Shown here one piece after another: positions 56,814 to 64,000 of a stretch of DNA of 64,000 nt. The position numbers and the translations under genes are program-made. The stretch is from Burkholderiales bacterium. GTDB lineage: Bacteria > Pseudomonadota > Gammaproteobacteria > Burkholderiales > SG8-39. The notes under the pieces were generated by a model that saw only the letters and a list, made by a program, of their open reading frames with translations, was not told where the DNA came from and made no database searches. The stretch spans positions 6,113 to 70,112 of the forward strand of contig DATMJC010000086.1 of the NCBI GenBank assembly GCA_035554435.1, written 5' to 3'. Within the stretch, counting starts at the first letter, position 1; each line of letters opens with the position of its first letter.

Positions 56814-57983
56814 ATGTCAGCGATGAAGCGGCTGTTCCAGGTGATGGCCGACAAGAAAGCCTCGGACATCTTCATGTCGGTCGGGGCCCCGATCAACATC
56901 AAGATCAACGGCGTGGCGGTGCCGGTGAACCAGGCCATCATGACCGCCGACACCGTGCGCCAGCTCCTCTACGAGGTCCTGAACGAGCGCCAGATCAAGG
57001 AGTTCGAGGACGAGATGGAGCTGAACACCGCCATTTCGGTCGAGGGCGTGGGCAGCTTCCGCGTGAGCGCGTTCCGCCAGAAGGGCGCGCCCGCCGTGGT
57101 GGTGCGCTACATCCCGAACCTGATTCCGCCGATCGACACGCTGGGCCTGCCGGAGATCGTGAAGGACGTGATCATGCAGAAGCGCGGCCTGATCCTCATG
57201 GTCGGCGCTACCGGCTCGGGCAAGTCGACCTCGCTCGCCGCGATGATCGACTACCGCAACGAGAGGAAGTCCGGCCACATCCTCACCCTCGAGGACCCGG
57301 TCGAGTTCATCTTCCAGAACAAGAAGTCGATCGTGAATCAACGCGAGGTCGGCACCGATACCCAGACGCTCGAGACCGCGCTGAAGAACGCGCTGCGCCA
57401 GGCGCCGGACTGCATCCTGATCGGCGAGATCCGCGACAAGCCGACCATGTCGATGGCCCTCGCCTACGCGCAGACCGGGCACCTGTGCCTCGCGACGCTG
57501 CACGCGAACAACAGCTACCATGCGATGAACCGGATCATCAACTTCTACCCGCTCGAAACGCGCGCGAGCCTGCTCCTCGACCTCGCCGCCGCGCTCCAGG
57601 CAGTGATCTCCCTGCGCCTGGTGCGCATCAAGAGCGGCGCGCGCGTGCCCGCGGTGGAGATCCTGCTCAACACGCGCAACATCTCCGAGCTGATCGAGAA
57701 GGGCGAGATCAGCGAGATCAAGGAGGCGCTGGAGAAGAGCCTCGCGCCCGGCTCGCAGACCTTCGAGCAGGCGCTCTTCAAGCTGTTCATGGAGGGCAAG
57801 ATCACCCAGGACGAGGCGCTCGCCAACGCCGACTCGGCGAGCAACATGCTGTGGCTCATCAACCAGGCGACCGCGGGCGAGCTCTCCCTCAACGGCGCGC
57901 CCAAGCCGCCTGCCAAGCCGTCCGACGAGAAAAAGGATACCCTCTCCGGCTTCACAGATTTCAAGATCAACGTGAATGCCTGA
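56814..57983 (+). CDS. PilT/PilU-family type IV pilus retraction-type ATPase (PilU-like)
   Basis: Walker [10 protein letters not shown], Walker B ILIGEIRD, the His box ATLHAN and a PilU-like C-terminus ([23 protein letters not shown]) are present. Confidence 0.85.
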   Translation: MSAMKRLFQVMADKKASDIFMSVGAPINIKINGVAVPVNQAIMTADTVRQLLYEVLNERQIKEFEDEMELNTAISVEGVGSFRVSAFRQKGAPAVVVRYIPNLIPPIDTLGLPEIVKDVIMQKRGLILMVGATGSGKSTSLAAMIDYRNERKSGHILTLEDPVEFIFQNKKSIVNQREVGTDTQTLETALKNALRQAPDCILIGEIRDKPTMSMALAYAQTGHLCLATLHANNSYHAMNRIINFYPLETRASLLLDLAAALQAVISLRLVRIKSGARVPAVEILLNTRNISELIEKGEISEIKEALEKSLAPGSQTFEQALFKLFMEGKITQDEALANADSASNMLWLINQATAGELSLNGAPKPPAKPSDEKKDTLSGFTDFKINVNA

Positions 57984-59115
57984 ACTTGGCGGTGTCCTGG
58001 AGCTTTCCAGGGCACTGATCGGCCGCAGGTCGGTAACCCCCGAAGACGGCGGCTGCCAGGCGCTCCTCGCCGAGCGCCTCGAGCGCGCCGGCTTCCAGTG
58101 CGAGTCGGTGGTCTGCGGTGAAGTGACCAACCTGTGGGCGCGGCGCGGCAAGGAGCGGCCGCTCGTCTGCCTCGCCGGCCATACCGACGTGGTGCCGACC
58201 GGCCCGCTAGCGGAGTGGCACTCCGATCCCTTCGCGCCGACGCTGCGCGGCGGACGCCTCTACGGCCGCGGCGCCGCCGACATGAAGTCCTCGCTCGCCG
58301 CCTTCGTGGTGGCCACGGAAATGTTTCTCCGCGAGAAGCCGGACCATTCCGGGTCGATCGCCTTCCTCCTCACCTCGGACGAGGAAGGGCCCTCGGTGGA
58401 CGGTACCGCGCGCATCGTCGAGCGCATGAAGAAGCAGGGCGAGACCATCGACTACTGCGTCGTCGGCGAGCCCACCTCGGTGAGCGAGCTGGGCGACATG
58501 ATCAAGAACGGGCGCCGCGGCTCGCTGTCGGGCCGCCTCACGGTGCGCGGCGTGCAGGCGCACATCGCCTACCCGCAGCTCGGCAGGAACCCGATCCACC
58601 TCCTCGCCCCGGCGCTGGCCGAGCTCGCCGCGATGCAGTGGGACCGCGGCAACGCGCACTTCCAGCCGACGAGCTGGCAGTGCTCGAACATCCACGCCGG
58701 CACCGGCGCGGGCAACGTTATCCCCGGCTCGCTCGCGCTGGATTTCAACTTCCGCTATTCGACGGAAAGCACCGAGGCGTCCCTCAAGCAGCGCCTCGAG
58801 GCGGTGCTGAAGAAGAACGGCATCGACTATGCGCTCGACTGGCTTCCCGGCGGCGGCAAGCCGTTCGTGACCCAGCGCGGGCGCCTCGTCGAGGTGGTGT
58901 CGCAGGCGATCCGCAGCCAAACCGGCCGCCTGCCAGAGCTCTCCACCACCGGCGGAACCTCCGACGCGCGCTTCATCGCGGAGATTTGCTCCGAGGTGGT
59001 GGAGTTCGGTCCGGTCAACGCCAGCATCCACAAGCTGAACGAGCACATCGAGCTCGCGGCGCTGGAGACGCTGCCGCGGATCTACCTGGAAATCCTGCGC
59101 GCCCTTCTTCCTTGA
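57976..59115 (+). CDS. dapE: succinyl-diaminopimelate desuccinylase
   Basis: M20 peptidase with [10 protein letters not shown] and GHTDVVP. It overlaps the PilU-like gene by 8 nt. Confidence 0.93.
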   Translation: MPELGGVLELSRALIGRRSVTPEDGGCQALLAERLERAGFQCESVVCGEVTNLWARRGKERPLVCLAGHTDVVPTGPLAEWHSDPFAPTLRGGRLYGRGAADMKSSLAAFVVATEMFLREKPDHSGSIAFLLTSDEEGPSVDGTARIVERMKKQGETIDYCVVGEPTSVSELGDMIKNGRRGSLSGRLTVRGVQAHIAYPQLGRNPIHLLAPALAELAAMQWDRGNAHFQPTSWQCSNIHAGTGAGNVIPGSLALDFNFRYSTESTEASLKQRLEAVLKKNGIDYALDWLPGGGKPFVTQRGRLVEVVSQAIRSQTGRLPELSTTGGTSDARFIAEICSEVVEFGPVNASIHKLNEHIELAALETLPRIYLEILRALLP

Positions 59116-59999
59116 AGTTGCAAGAGCTGATTCTTCGAACGGAAAGGCGATTGCGTACCGCGCGGCTGCACTATGGCCACGGCACCGACAACCCGCACGA
59201 CGAGGCCGCTTTCCTGGTGCTGCGTGGGCTGGGCCTGCCTTTCGACGCCGACCTCGGACAGGCCGCGGATCCTTCCCGGGTCGAACCCCTGGTCCAAAAG
59301 CGAATCAAGGAGCGCACGCCGGCCGCGTACCTCCTCAACGAGGCGTGGTTGTCAGGCGTGCCCTTCTACGTCGACCGGCGCGTCATCATTCCGCGCTCGC
59401 ACATCGCCGGGCTGCTCGAAGCGCGTCTCGAGCCGTGGCAGCCGAGGCCGCTGCGGCGCGTCCTCGACCTGTGCACCGGCTCGGGCTGCCTCGCGATTCT
59501 CGCGGCGCGCGCCTTTCCCCTCGCCCTGATCGACGCCGCCGACCTCTCGGCTGCGGCGCTCGCCGTCGCCCGACGCAATGTCTCGAAGCACAAGCTGGAG
59601 AAAAGGATCGGCGTCGTGCGCTCCGACCTCTTCGCCAGCCTCGGGGAGAAGCGCTACGACCTGATCATCACCAATCCGCCCTATGTGTCTTCGGCGGCGA
59701 TGCGGCGCCTCCCCGCGGAGTACCGGCACGAGCCGGGCCTCGCGCTCGCCGCGGGCAGGAACGGGCTCGACGTGGTGGCGCGGATCCTCTCCGCGGCGGA
59801 AAGGCATCTCACCCATCGCGGCGTGCTGGTCTGCGAAGTCGGCGACGGTCGCGCCGCGGTCGAAAGGGCCTGGCCGCGCGCCGAGCTCGCCTGGCCCAGG
59901 GACGAAGTGTTCATCGCGCGCCGCGACGCCCTCGCTTCGGCTCCCAGAACGGCCGCTTCGCCTCGAAGGCGGCCCACGCCGGCTCGAGGGAGCCGATGA
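59112..59999 (+). CDS. prmB: 50S ribosomal protein L3 glutamine methyltransferase
   Basis: The TTG start overlaps the dapE stop (TTGA). The motif ITNPPYV and the PrmB-like blocks [12 protein letters not shown] and LDLCTGSGC are present. The start is uncertain. Confidence 0.82.
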   Translation: MKLQELILRTERRLRTARLHYGHGTDNPHDEAAFLVLRGLGLPFDADLGQAADPSRVEPLVQKRIKERTPAAYLLNEAWLSGVPFYVDRRVIIPRSHIAGLLEARLEPWQPRPLRRVLDLCTGSGCLAILAARAFPLALIDAADLSAAALAVARRNVSKHKLEKRIGVVRSDLFASLGEKRYDLIITNPPYVSSAAMRRLPAEYRHEPGLALAAGRNGLDVVARILSAAERHLTHRGVLVCEVGDGRAAVERAWPRAELAWPRDEVFIARRDALASAPRTAASPRRRPTPARGSR

Positions 60000-61410
60000 G
60001 CTCGCGCTCCCGCGCCGCGAGCCAGCGCCGCAGCGCGACCCCCTCGCTGCCCGGGGCGATTTCGGCGGCGAGCCGCTTGGCCACGGACACGTCGTTCAGC
60101 TCGCCCAGCGTATCCTGAAGCGACGCCAGGCGCGTGATGAACGGCAGCACGGCCTGGTGCGGAAAGCAGCCCGAGAAGAAGTCGCAGGCATAGCGCAGCC
60201 GCTTCACGCGGATGCGGACCTGATGCCGGCGGCGCTCGTCGCGCCAGGGAAGCTTGCGCCCCTCGCCGATCAGGCGCGCACGCAATCGCGCGAGCGTCTG
60301 CCGGGCGAAGCGCCCGAGCCTCTCCGCGCGGGCGGCGTCGGATTTCCATGGATCCCGATGCAGCCAGCGCAGCACGCGCAACTGCGCCTGCTGGAACGCG
60401 GCCGAGTCCGCGACCGCCGCCGCGGCCTTGCGCGCAAAAGCGCGCTTCTGCCTAGCCCGCGCGAGCAGCATCGCATCGGCGTGCGCGTCGGCCAGCGTCT
60501 CGCAGAACACGTCCCAGTCGCGCGCGGCGCCCCAGATCTGCATCATCCGCTTGAGCGGTCGCTCGGCGGCCCGCGCGCGCGCACCCCGCAGCAGCCTGCG
60601 GAAGGCGTGCAGCGCCGAACGCAGGCGCCGCACGCCGACGCGCATCTGGTGCAGGTATTCGGGGTCGCGCCCCTCCGCCACTCCGAGCGCGTTGGCGCCG
60701 ATCTGGGCGAGCGCCGCGCCGCACAGAACCGCGAACGCGTCGCTGGCGGTGGCGTTCTCGTCGATCGGCGGGCGAGTCCATTTGGCCGGCGGCGGCAGGC
60801 CGGCAGACTCGCTCAGACGGTAGCCGCGCTCGGCCTTGCTCGCGGTCTCGATGTGCAGGCCGAGCGGCTGCACCAGGCCCTCGGCGAGCCCGACCAGCGG
60901 GCCGATCTCGCCTTCGGTCAGCTCGAGCTCGAGCTCGAGGATGTCTTCGCGCTTGCTTCCCGCCTCGATGATGCCGCGATCGATGCACGCCTGGGCGCTC
61001 ACGCCATGTCCGAGCGCGAGCGGACCCGAGCGGCGCTCGAAGCGGGTCGCGAACACCGGGCGCAGGTGCCGCGCGAGGCGCACGATGTCCAGGCCCGACG
61101 CGGCGCGCACCGCCTCGCGCGGGAAAAGCGCGCAGTCGAGGCGCCCCTTGGGCGCCGCCATCTCCCACTCGGCGCGCGAAGCGAGCGCGCCCTGGGGTCC
61201 CTGCGGCAGCTTCAGCGCCTGCAGCCACTTGTGCCCATTGCGGCGCAGGCGCAACGCCGCCCCCGCGCGCTGCAGGCGAAGGTCGGGCGTGTCGTAGTAA
61301 GTGCTGTCGACGCGGGTCTTCCGGGGGGGAGCGGCGAATGGCAACAGCCGCGGCGCCCGCGCCGCCGCCCCGGTGTCGAGACGGAACTTCAGCTCGCGTT
61401 CAAGGTTCAC
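59911..61410 (-). CDS. CYTH and CHAD domain-containing protein (YgiF-type triphosphatase-like)
   Basis: The N-terminus LERELKFRL matches the CYTH ExExK motif, and a long helical CHAD region follows. The GTG start lies 13 nt after tRNA-His. Confidence 0.82.
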   Translation of the reverse strand: MNLERELKFRLDTGAAARAPRLLPFAAPPRKTRVDSTYYDTPDLRLQRAGAALRLRRNGHKWLQALKLPQGPQGALASRAEWEMAAPKGRLDCALFPREAVRAASGLDIVRLARHLRPVFATRFERRSGPLALGHGVSAQACIDRGIIEAGSKREDILELELELTEGEIGPLVGLAEGLVQPLGLHIETASKAERGYRLSESAGLPPPAKWTRPPIDENATASDAFAVLCGAALAQIGANALGVAEGRDPEYLHQMRVGVRRLRSALHAFRRLLRGARARAAERPLKRMMQIWGAARDWDVFCETLADAHADAMLLARARQKRAFARKAAAAVADSAAFQQAQLRVLRWLHRDPWKSDAARAERLGRFARQTLARLRARLIGEGRKLPWRDERRRHQVRIRVKRLRYACDFFSGCFPHQAVLPFITRLASLQDTLGELNDVSVAKRLAAEIAPGSEGVALRRWLAARERELIGSLEPAWAAFEAKRPFWEPKRGRRGAR

Positions 61411-61423
61411 GAGCGGCGGTATC

Positions 61424-61499
61424 TGGGGTGACCGATGGGACTCGAACCCACAACAACCGGAATCACAATCCGGGACTCTACCTTTGAGCTACGGTCACC
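61424..61499 (-). tRNA. tRNA-His (GTG)
   Basis: I folded the cloverleaf by hand. It has the extra 5' G(-1) paired to C73, the anticodon loop TTGTGAT, a TTCGAGT T-loop and an encoded CCA. Confidence 0.9.
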
Positions 61500-61523
61500 G
61501 TAGTCGTTACAACACCTGCATTG

Positions 61524-61600
61524 TGGCCTGCCCGGCGCGACTCGAACGCGCAACCTACGGCTTAGAAGGCCGTTGCTCTATCCGGTTGAGCTACGGGCAG
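61524..61600 (-). tRNA. tRNA-Arg (TCT)
   Basis: Hand-folded. The acceptor stem is CTGCCCG/CGGGCAG, the D arm GCTC..GAGC and the anticodon loop CTTCTAA. The T-loop is TTCGAGT and the CCA is encoded. Confidence 0.88.
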
Positions 61601-61631
61601 CTTCCCGGGCAGCTCAAAACTGCTCAATTCC

Positions 61632-61708
61632 TGGTCGGGGTGGGGAGATTTGAACTCCCGACATCTTGCTCCCAAAGCAAGCGCGCTACCAGGCTGCGCT
61701 ACACCCCG
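61632..61708 (-). tRNA. tRNA-Pro (TGG)
   Basis: Hand-folded. The acceptor stem is CGGGGTG/CACCCCG, the anticodon loop TTTGGGA and the T-loop TTCAAAT. The CCA is encoded. Confidence 0.9.
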
Positions 61709-61721
61709 AAAAAGGCGGCAA

Positions 61722-61750
61722 ATGATACTCTTAGCCCATTCCTCGGGCAA
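61722..61750 (-). promoter_or_regulatory. candidate sigma70 promoter of the tRNA Pro-Arg-His operon
   Basis: On the minus strand there is TTGCCC, a 17-nt spacer, then TATCAT. A GC-rich discriminator (TTGCCGCC) follows and an A/T-rich tract lies upstream. The tRNA-Pro 5' end is 13 nt downstream of the -10 element. Confidence 0.5.
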
Positions 61751-61847
61751 TTAATTCGCTTGCTGCAAGGGGGGCATTTCTGCTACAAAGGCACCCTTTT
61801 CATTCGCGGGCGCGGCCGGTCCAACCCCGTAAAACTCCACTGAGCCA

Positions 61848-62273
61848 ATGGCCGTCGAACTGACCCGAAAAAGCTTCACGCCCTATGCCGCCAAGAAGGG
61901 CGAGGAGTACATGAACGCGAGGCAGCGCTCGCACTTCCGCAAGATCCTCGAGTCGCTGAAGGCCGAGCTCTCGGAGGAAATCGACCGCACCGTGCACACC
62001 ATGCAGGATGAGGCCACAGTGTTCGCCGATCCGAACGACCGGGCGAGCCAGGAGTCCGACATGGCGCTCGAGCTCCGCAACCGCGACCGCGAACGCAAGC
62101 TGATCAAGAAGATCGACGAGACCATCGCGCGCATCGACGCCAACGAGTACGGCTACTGCGAGAGCTGCGGCGTCGAGATCGGGCTGAAGCGCCTCGAGGC
62201 GCGCCCGACCGCGACGCTCTGCATCGACTGCAAGACGCTCGACGAGCTGCGCGAGCGGCAGGTCGCGAAGTAG
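61848..62273 (+). CDS. dksA: RNA polymerase-binding transcription factor DksA
   Basis: 141-aa ORF with a coiled-coil containing the acidic tip (DPNDRASQESD) and a C4 zinc finger CESCG...CIDC. Confidence 0.95.
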   Translation: MAVELTRKSFTPYAAKKGEEYMNARQRSHFRKILESLKAELSEEIDRTVHTMQDEATVFADPNDRASQESDMALELRNRDRERKLIKKIDETIARIDANEYGYCESCGVEIGLKRLEARPTATLCIDCKTLDELRERQVAK

Positions 62274-62309
62274 AAGATTCTTTCCCTGGCCACCCTTCTC
62301 ATCGTCTCC

Positions 62310-62573
62310 TTGCCGGCGTTCGCGCAGAATCTTGCCGACCCCGGGCGCCGCGTGCCTGAGAGCGAGCTGAAGCTCGACCTGCCGAAGCGCGATGCCACGG
62401 AGGAGGCGCGCTCGTTTGCGGCGAAGCCGCCCCCGCCGCGCGCCGTCGATCCGGGCGTCTGCGAGAGCGCGCGCGTCAACTGGCAGCTCGCTTGCGGCGC
62501 ACCCTACTCCTACAAGTCGCGCAGCTTGAGTTGCACCGAGGCCCACGCGATCTACCGCGACAGTTGCGGGTAG
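62310..62573 (+). CDS. small secreted Cys-containing hypothetical protein
   Basis: Third codon positions are strongly G/C, as in the neighbouring coding regions. The mature part has 4 Cys. The hydrophobic signal-like segment ILSLATLLIVSLPAFA begins at 62277, upstream of the only listed start (TTG 62310), so the start is unresolved. Confidence 0.5.
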   Translation: MPAFAQNLADPGRRVPESELKLDLPKRDATEEARSFAAKPPPPRAVDPGVCESARVNWQLACGAPYSYKSRSLSCTEAHAIYRDSCG

Positions 62574-62583
62574 CGATGAGCGC

Positions 62584-63483
62584 CTAGGCGGAGAAGCGCT
62601 TCGCGGTGTGCTCGGCGAGCGCGGTGCCGAGCCCCAGCGCCAGCGCGGCGCCGGCCACCAGGATGGTGAACACGCGCCGCGACAGCGCGTCGACCGTGGC
62701 GGCGGGTACCGAGATCGCCAGCATCCAGCCGCTCAGCTCCGAGCTCGTGTAGGCGGTGTAGGCGTCGCGGCCTTCGCTGGCGCGCCCCCGGAACCAGCCT
62801 TCGGGGCCGCGCCCAAGCGTGTCGCGCAGCGCCTCCGACTCCTCCACGCCGGCCGGCAGGGCCGGGATGCGGGCGATGATCCGCTTCTCGCGGTCGACCA
62901 GCGAGATGACCCAGCTCTCGGGCAGGTGCTGCGCATCCAGCAGCGCGGCGAGGTGCTTAAGGCTAAGCGGCGCCGAGACGACGTAGCGCACCTCCTCGCC
63001 GTACGATACCGGCACCCGCACGCGCACCGTCTGGCCGCGTACCACGGGGCCCGCCGCCACGCTGCCGACGCTTGGCCGCGCGGTGCGCACCACCGCCTCG
63101 AATGACAGTGCGTCGACCGAGTTCGGCGGTTCCGGCGGGCCAAGGACATACACCGCGTTGGACAGCACCGTCTTGTCGGCCTTGCTGAGCCCGACGTTCA
63201 CCCAGCTGGGCTGCGTGCGCAGCACGCGCTGCGACTCGGCGTGGAACGCCGCGATGTCGCCCTTCTCCAGGCCCTTGAAGGCGGCGAGCGTCTCGAGCGC
63301 GGCTATGCTGCCGCGCAGGTGCGCGTCCACTGCGCTCATGGCGCCGCGCGCCCGGCCGACGGCCTCGCGCGCCGCAGAGTTGCGCCCCTGCTCGATCAAC
63401 AACAGCGCGCCGGCGAGCGCCGCCAGCGCGATGGGCGCGAACGAGGCGGCGACGATCAGGTACAGGCGGGTGCGCAGCTGCAT
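62584..63483 (-). CDS. membrane protein with two TM segments flanking a periplasmic sensor-like (Cache/CHASE-like) domain, no output domain
   Basis: 299-aa ORF with TM1 LYLIVAASFAPIALAALAGALLLI and TM2 VFTILVAGAALALGLGTALA. Only 9 residues follow TM2. The domain class is not resolved. Confidence 0.6.
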   Translation of the reverse strand: MQLRTRLYLIVAASFAPIALAALAGALLLIEQGRNSAAREAVGRARGAMSAVDAHLRGSIAALETLAAFKGLEKGDIAAFHAESQRVLRTQPSWVNVGLSKADKTVLSNAVYVLGPPEPPNSVDALSFEAVVRTARPSVGSVAAGPVVRGQTVRVRVPVSYGEEVRYVVSAPLSLKHLAALLDAQHLPESWVISLVDREKRIIARIPALPAGVEESEALRDTLGRGPEGWFRGRASEGRDAYTAYTSSELSGWMLAISVPAATVDALSRRVFTILVAGAALALGLGTALAEHTAKRFSA

Positions 63484-63526
63484 CCGGGACTTCGTCGGCT
63501 GTCTATAAGGGGTCTGCCCCCTTTTT

Positions 63527-64000
63527 CTAGGCGTTCTGCTTCGCGGCCTGCTCCTGCTCCTTCACGGCCTTCATCGACAGGCGCACGCGACCCTTGTCGT
63601 CGGCCTCGAGCACCTTCACCTTCACGATCTGGCCTTCCTTCAGGTGATCGGACACGGCGTTGACGCGTTCGTGGCTGATCTGCGAGATGTGCAGCAGGCC
63701 GTCGCGCCCTGGCAGCAGCTGGATGATGGCGCCGAAATCCAGGAGGCGCAGAACCGGGCCCTCGTAGATCTTGCCGACTTCGACGTCGGCGGTGATGTCC
63801 AGGATGCGCTTTTTCGCCGCTTCGCCGCCCTCGGCCGAGACGCAGGCGATGGCGATCGTGCCGTCGTCCTCGATCTCGATGGTGGTGCCGGTCTCTTCCT
63901 GGATGCCGCGGATCACGACGCCGCCCTTGCCGATGACGTCGCGGATCTTGTCGGGGTTGATCTTCAGCTTGATGATGCGCGGCGCGAAGGTGGAGAGCTC
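63527..64000 (-). CDS. pnp: polyribonucleotide nucleotidyltransferase (PNPase), 3' part; truncated by the window edge
   Basis: The translation shows a KH domain ([18 protein letters not shown]) followed by an S1 domain ([33 protein letters not shown]). Confidence 0.92.
   Translation of the reverse strand, partial: ELSTFAPRIIKLKINPDKIRDVIGKGGVVIRGIQEETGTTIEIEDDGTIAIACVSAEGGEAAKKRILDITADVEVGKIYEGPVLRLLDFGAIIQLLPGRDGLLHISQISHERVNAVSDHLKEGQIVKVKVLEADDKGRVRLSMKAVKEQEQAAKQNA

Noticed and set aside
61424-61708. The tRNA Pro-Arg-His cluster as an integration site for a genomic island.
   Set aside because: No integrase, excisionase or direct repeat of any tRNA 3' end is visible in the window. The flanking genes (CYTH-CHAD, dksA) are core-type.
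63507-63527. Hairpin GGGG-TCTG-CCCC followed by a T-run just downstream of the pnp stop, considered as an intrinsic terminator.
   Set aside because: The stem is only 4-5 bp. On the minus strand, which is the pnp direction, the trailing sequence is TTATAG rather than a U-tract. The T-run is on the plus strand, where no gene ends. This is too weak to call.

Overview
This is a GC-rich, very gene-dense chromosome segment with about 70 genes and almost no non-coding DNA. The gene content looks betaproteobacterial, probably Burkholderiales-like. I infer that from map-glnD, smc-zipA-ligA, queF-dapC-dapD-dapE, three Bug/TctC-type binding proteins and a tRNA Pro-Arg-His cluster next to dksA. The window has three blocks. 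(i) 1-8.7 kb holds housekeeping and miscellaneous genes: map, glnD, an AhpD-like/2OG-oxygenase pair, VOC, Bug, hydrolase, methyltransferase, a PG-binding protein and a globin. (ii) 8.8-45.2 kb is a dense catabolic and transport island. It contains an orphan fumarylacetoacetase and TRAP QM genes. It also has a LysR-linked set of operons: a TPP-enzyme/hydrolase/enamidase-like/DUF1185 cassette; an Ldh_2 reductase; an Amidohydrolase_2 protein; an IorAB-type Mo-hydroxylase with RidA, Bug and a cupin; and an ABC importer with RidA, amidase and DctP. A 12-gene GntR-headed operon follows (Rieske oxygenase, crotonase, FadH-like flavoprotein, formamidase-like esterase, two VOC proteins, FAH, ABC importer), then a divergent HpaB-UbiD pair. 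(iii) 45.2-64 kb is core housekeeping: def, MTAP-like, hpt, galU, ligA, zipA, smc, queF, dapC, dapD, a PilU-like ATPase, dapE, prmB, CYTH-CHAD, three tRNAs, dksA, a small secreted Cys protein, an orphan sensor-like membrane protein and the 3' part of pnp. I saw no CRISPR array, IS element, integrase, prophage or recognisable defence genes. The observations most worth following up are these. A conserved box, including a 26-nt exact repeat, sits in four divergent promoter regions around the LysR gene and suggests one regulon of about 20 genes. Several multi-gene catabolic cassettes are translationally coupled, have no assignable substrate, and lack their usual partner genes. A CYTH-CHAD gene starts 13 nt after tRNA-His. 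A signal-peptide ORF lies in frame directly behind the dksA stop codon. All functional calls come from reading the translated ORFs and recognising motifs. No database search was run.
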